From: Phoronis australis
Lineage: Eukaryota > Animalia > Phoronida
DNA: 64,000 bases
Direction of reading: 5' to 3'
Assembly: GCA_002633005.1 (NCBI GenBank)
Contig: NMRA01000364.1
Span: forward strand, 119,075-183,074
Part shown: positions 62,285-64,000 of the stretch, piece by piece
Layout: every line of letters starts with the position of its first letter
Numbering within the stretch: position 1 is the stretch's first letter
Made by a program: the position numbers and the translations under genes
The notes under the pieces: generated by a model
Seen by the model: the letters and a program-made list of their open reading frames with translations, nothing else
What the model was told of the DNA's origin: nothing
The model's database searches: none

Positions 62285-64000
62285 TGTTGAATCAAAATCT
62301 GACATAAAATTAATGTCATTATTGTGGAGGAGCCTCTACCCCGGCTAGCTCCGATTTGCCACAACATAAACTTCAACTCACCCTGAGAGGAGTCCACTTC
62401 CAACTTCGGGCTAGATTCCGTTCTTCGCAGGCCCAGTGACTCTGCTATCTTGATCACGGGTCACCAGATGAGATTTTGGTGTCTAATGCCACGGTCCGAT
62501 CTCAGTGATTATAATGACAATCCCAACTATATAATATCGAAACCTTACACTGATCTGAGAAGCTAAGCTAATGATAACGAACATGACAGTTTTCCGATGC
62601 GCACTTCGCAAAAACACGTCTGCGGTGCTCTCTCTTGCTGACAGTCCAGGTAGAGAAGGCCGAGCACACATGACCATACTCAGCCACGCACGGACAACCT
62701 CGGCGGTTTCCGCCGTTTGACAACATCATTAAAATTAATCTAAATTGGTCACCGGTGCTAAACGTTACCGTTTTAACGTTACTCTACCACTTATTTCCAG
62801 AGTAATAATACACGATTTCACGGTTTCTTCCACCGACTGAAATGTGAATATTTAATTTGATTCAGTAAACGAGTTCACGAGCTTTTCCGCAATAAGTGGA
62901 CAGAAGAGTGAACCTATTTTTCAAAAGATATTGACTAGATAGTCAAAATGTTGCTGTTTTGTCATTTCCAACTTATTCAGAATTGTCATACAGCTAGAAC
63001 TACGTACGCTTAACTTTGGTGTGCATAAATCGCGATGATGTCAGTAACATTCTGGGTAATTTAAGGTTATATCAAACCTTATTTAGTGGCCTCTATTCTA
63101 ACTCGTGTATCAAAAAATCTAAGCTTCGTCAACTAGTAAAGCATCTATTTTCTGGAACAAAAAAGATCAGGAAATATGAAAATATGTTTTATATTTATCC
63201 ACTATTATTATTATTACATTAACACCTTTTTAACTAAGTCAAAATATCATTTTAAGAAAGGTACATTCATAGCAAAGTAACCCCTCAGTCGATTTTAATG
63301 AAACCCTTTTTAAATGAAAACTTCACCAGTTACCTCAATAACGCTGCTAAGAATTTTCGATTACTCTTCGTTTGGTTACAATGACAAATAAACTCGCAAA
63401 ACGTAAGGTATTTTTGTAAAAAACAACAGTCGTATTTGTTTTTGTTACATTATGCAAAAACTAGGCCTTTATATTGAAAAGCCTAACAGCGTATTTGAGA
63501 TTGATGAATCACTATTAAGTTTGAAAAGTTTCAGCGATATCCACAGAGCCATTTTCGAGAACTTGCGTTCCAATTAAGTCGATTTGCCGAAACCAAGAAA
63601 AAGCCGATTAAGTAGTTGGAAGTTAAAGTCTCAAGGTCTTTGCTAAATTATTCGGTGAAAACTTGTTTTCGGTCAATACATCCTATGTACTTCTCAGTTG
63701 CGTTCATTATTTCAACATTCACGCGCAAAGTTATCTGAATTTTCAGTGCGTAATTAACTTAATTATCACAAAAACGTTTAGTCGAGTTCCAATGCATCGA
63801 ATCCAACGGAGTCACGGGCGGAGTCAACATATAAAGTGGGTCAAGCTGGCGCATTACGGATCACTTTAAAGTAAGTCAACAGTTCATTGTTAGACTTACC
63901 ACGTGCTGGGAGAATTGTATGAAACCCAAGTACGAATCGAGTCGGTGGTTAAAGCACGTCGTGAGCGTGAGATCGAAACAGCGAAATGTCAAATTACCCG

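Noticed and set aside
62300-62680. Minus-strand IVIIITE as a LINE endonuclease relic
   Set aside because: No other endonuclease motifs could be aligned.

Overview
Eukaryotic, AT-rich, intron-containing animal DNA, probably from an invertebrate (inferred from gene families and repeat types; the taxon cannot be fixed from this window). Gene models were built by hand from GT-AG junctions and frame continuity. In order: (1) a complete 6-coding-exon NCOA4/ARA70 ferritinophagy receptor (+, 598 aa) carrying four copies of a ferritin-binding-like motif; (2) a convergent, CDS-intronless, secreted proteinase-K-type S8 subtilase (-, 432 aa) whose catalytic Ser position is Ala, so a probable pseudo-protease; (3) four tandem single-LIM CRIP genes (+) of two subtypes, the last two ending in an exon that codes only Arg+stop; (4) two tandem GPI-type Ly6/three-finger (quiver-like) genes (+); (5) the first coding exon of a BTB/POZ gene that presumably continues past the window. 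Introns and spacers are dense with transposon relics: a Helentron/DINE-1-like element with 11 CTCF-like motifs in a higher-order repeat, IS3EU-like elements, tyrosine-recombinase and hAT transposase relics, a CR1/L2-type LINE 3' end, SINEs and many MITEs. No rRNA, intact tRNA or CRISPR was found. Comparisons to known proteins are from memory, not database searches.
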